From contig DUDF01000116.1 of the NCBI GenBank assembly GCA_012959435.1, forward strand, positions 5,366-69,365: 64,000 nt of DNA, written 5' to 3'. Source of the stretch: Candidatus Poseidoniales archaeon. GTDB lineage: Archaea; Thermoplasmatota; Poseidoniia; Poseidoniales; Thalassarchaeaceae. The notes below the pieces were generated by a model, which was given only the letters and a program-made list of their open reading frames with translations, was not told where the DNA came from and did not search any database. Shown piece after piece: positions 63,319-64,000 of the stretch; positions within the stretch are counted from its first letter, which is position 1, and the number at the start of each line of letters is the position of its first letter. Both the position numbers and the translations under genes were made by a program.

Positions 63319-63999
63319 TCAATATGGTACAGATTTCAACCCTAGTTTGTAGCCCATCACATTGAATGAACGATGAATAATTGGAGTCAATATGAGAAGA
63401 ATAACCATCCCCTTGACGAGAACTGTATCACCTGCAATCGCAGGAGAGAGAAAAAGAAGTCCAAAAATGAAAGTGAAAATTGCGAAAGGAAGTGTGTCCA
63501 GTAACGGCGCCTTACTACTCACCTCGCCTTCTCTCTTCAATCCACGGCGGCGCTTGATAAATGAGCCAACTGAGTCACCAATCATGCAACCAAGTCCTAA
63601 AATAAAGCCCATGATGAATGAGGCACCCCATTCACCGCCTATCCAAAACCAACTATTTTGGATATCTTCTGAACTGCTTGTGTAGGCACCCAAGGGGTCT
63701 AAAAATGGACCTGAATTATACATTCCGTTGCCTGCTGCTAACGCATGCGTTAGCATACAAATTAATCCGCCTCCAATACAGCCCCCAAGAAGACCATTCC
63801 ATGTTTTCCCATCGCCTAAGAGGCGATTTCCATCAGAATGAATTTTCCCACCATCAATCGGATAGACAGTGATCCCTGTTCTATCAGGAATCCACTTCCC
63901 ACCCAACATCGCAGTTGTGTTGGATAGATACCCTGGCAAATAGAGCCATAGAACGAGAAGAGGAGCCACGATGATTGGGTCCCATGGTAAAGTGCCTGC
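63319..63999 (-). CDS. carS: CDP-archaeol synthase, 5' partial (frame open to the window end)
   Basis: LPGYLSN, PIDGG, DGNRLLGDGKTW, GDSVGSFIKRR, PLLD, HRSFNVMGYKLGLKSVPY. Codons upstream of 63969 are open (AGTLPWDPII). Confidence 0.92.
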   Translation of the reverse strand, partial: AGTLPWDPIIVAPLLVLWLYLPGYLSNTTAMLGGKWIPDRTGITVYPIDGGKIHSDGNRLLGDGKTWNGLLGGCIGGGLICMLTHALAAGNGMYNSGPFLDPLGAYTSSSEDIQNSWFWIGGEWGASFIMGFILGLGCMIGDSVGSFIKRRRGLKREGEVSSKAPLLDTLPFAIFTFIFGLLFLSPAIAGDTVLVKGMVILLILTPIIHRSFNVMGYKLGLKSVPY

Positions 64000-64000
64000 T

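Overview
Gene-dense archaeal chromosome segment, most consistent with Marine Group II Thermoplasmatota (Ca. Poseidoniales). This assignment is an inference from gene content: archaeal-type GAPDH, GluRS, PheT, rps15, ArcS, CarS and AglB occur with bacterial-type DnaJ and PurD and many large acidic secreted proteins. About 32 CDS are supported. The left half (1-27 kb) is mostly housekeeping plus membrane proteins of unknown function. It includes a KP-43-like subtilase that the ORF track missed (it runs off the left edge), a GXGXG/glutamate-synthase-like fusion, a degenerate RecJ-like gene behind rps15 and a pyroglutamyl-peptidase/Nudix fusion. The right half (27-64 kb) is a cell-envelope-rich block. 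It encodes two ~1,900-aa secreted proteins (one with a Pro-rich/EF-hand cytoplasmic tail, one built from >20 Ca-binding DxDxDG repeats), three coupled pilin-like genes, a wHTH-STAND-TPR NLR-like protein, a beta-helix/Ig surface protein, a membrane-anchored subtilase with no evident propeptide, and a ~3,200-aa AglB/STT3 oligosaccharyltransferase with large N- and C-terminal extensions, next to purD and carS. No rRNA, tRNA, CRISPR array or mobile element was recognised. All calls come from reading motifs by eye; no database searches were run.
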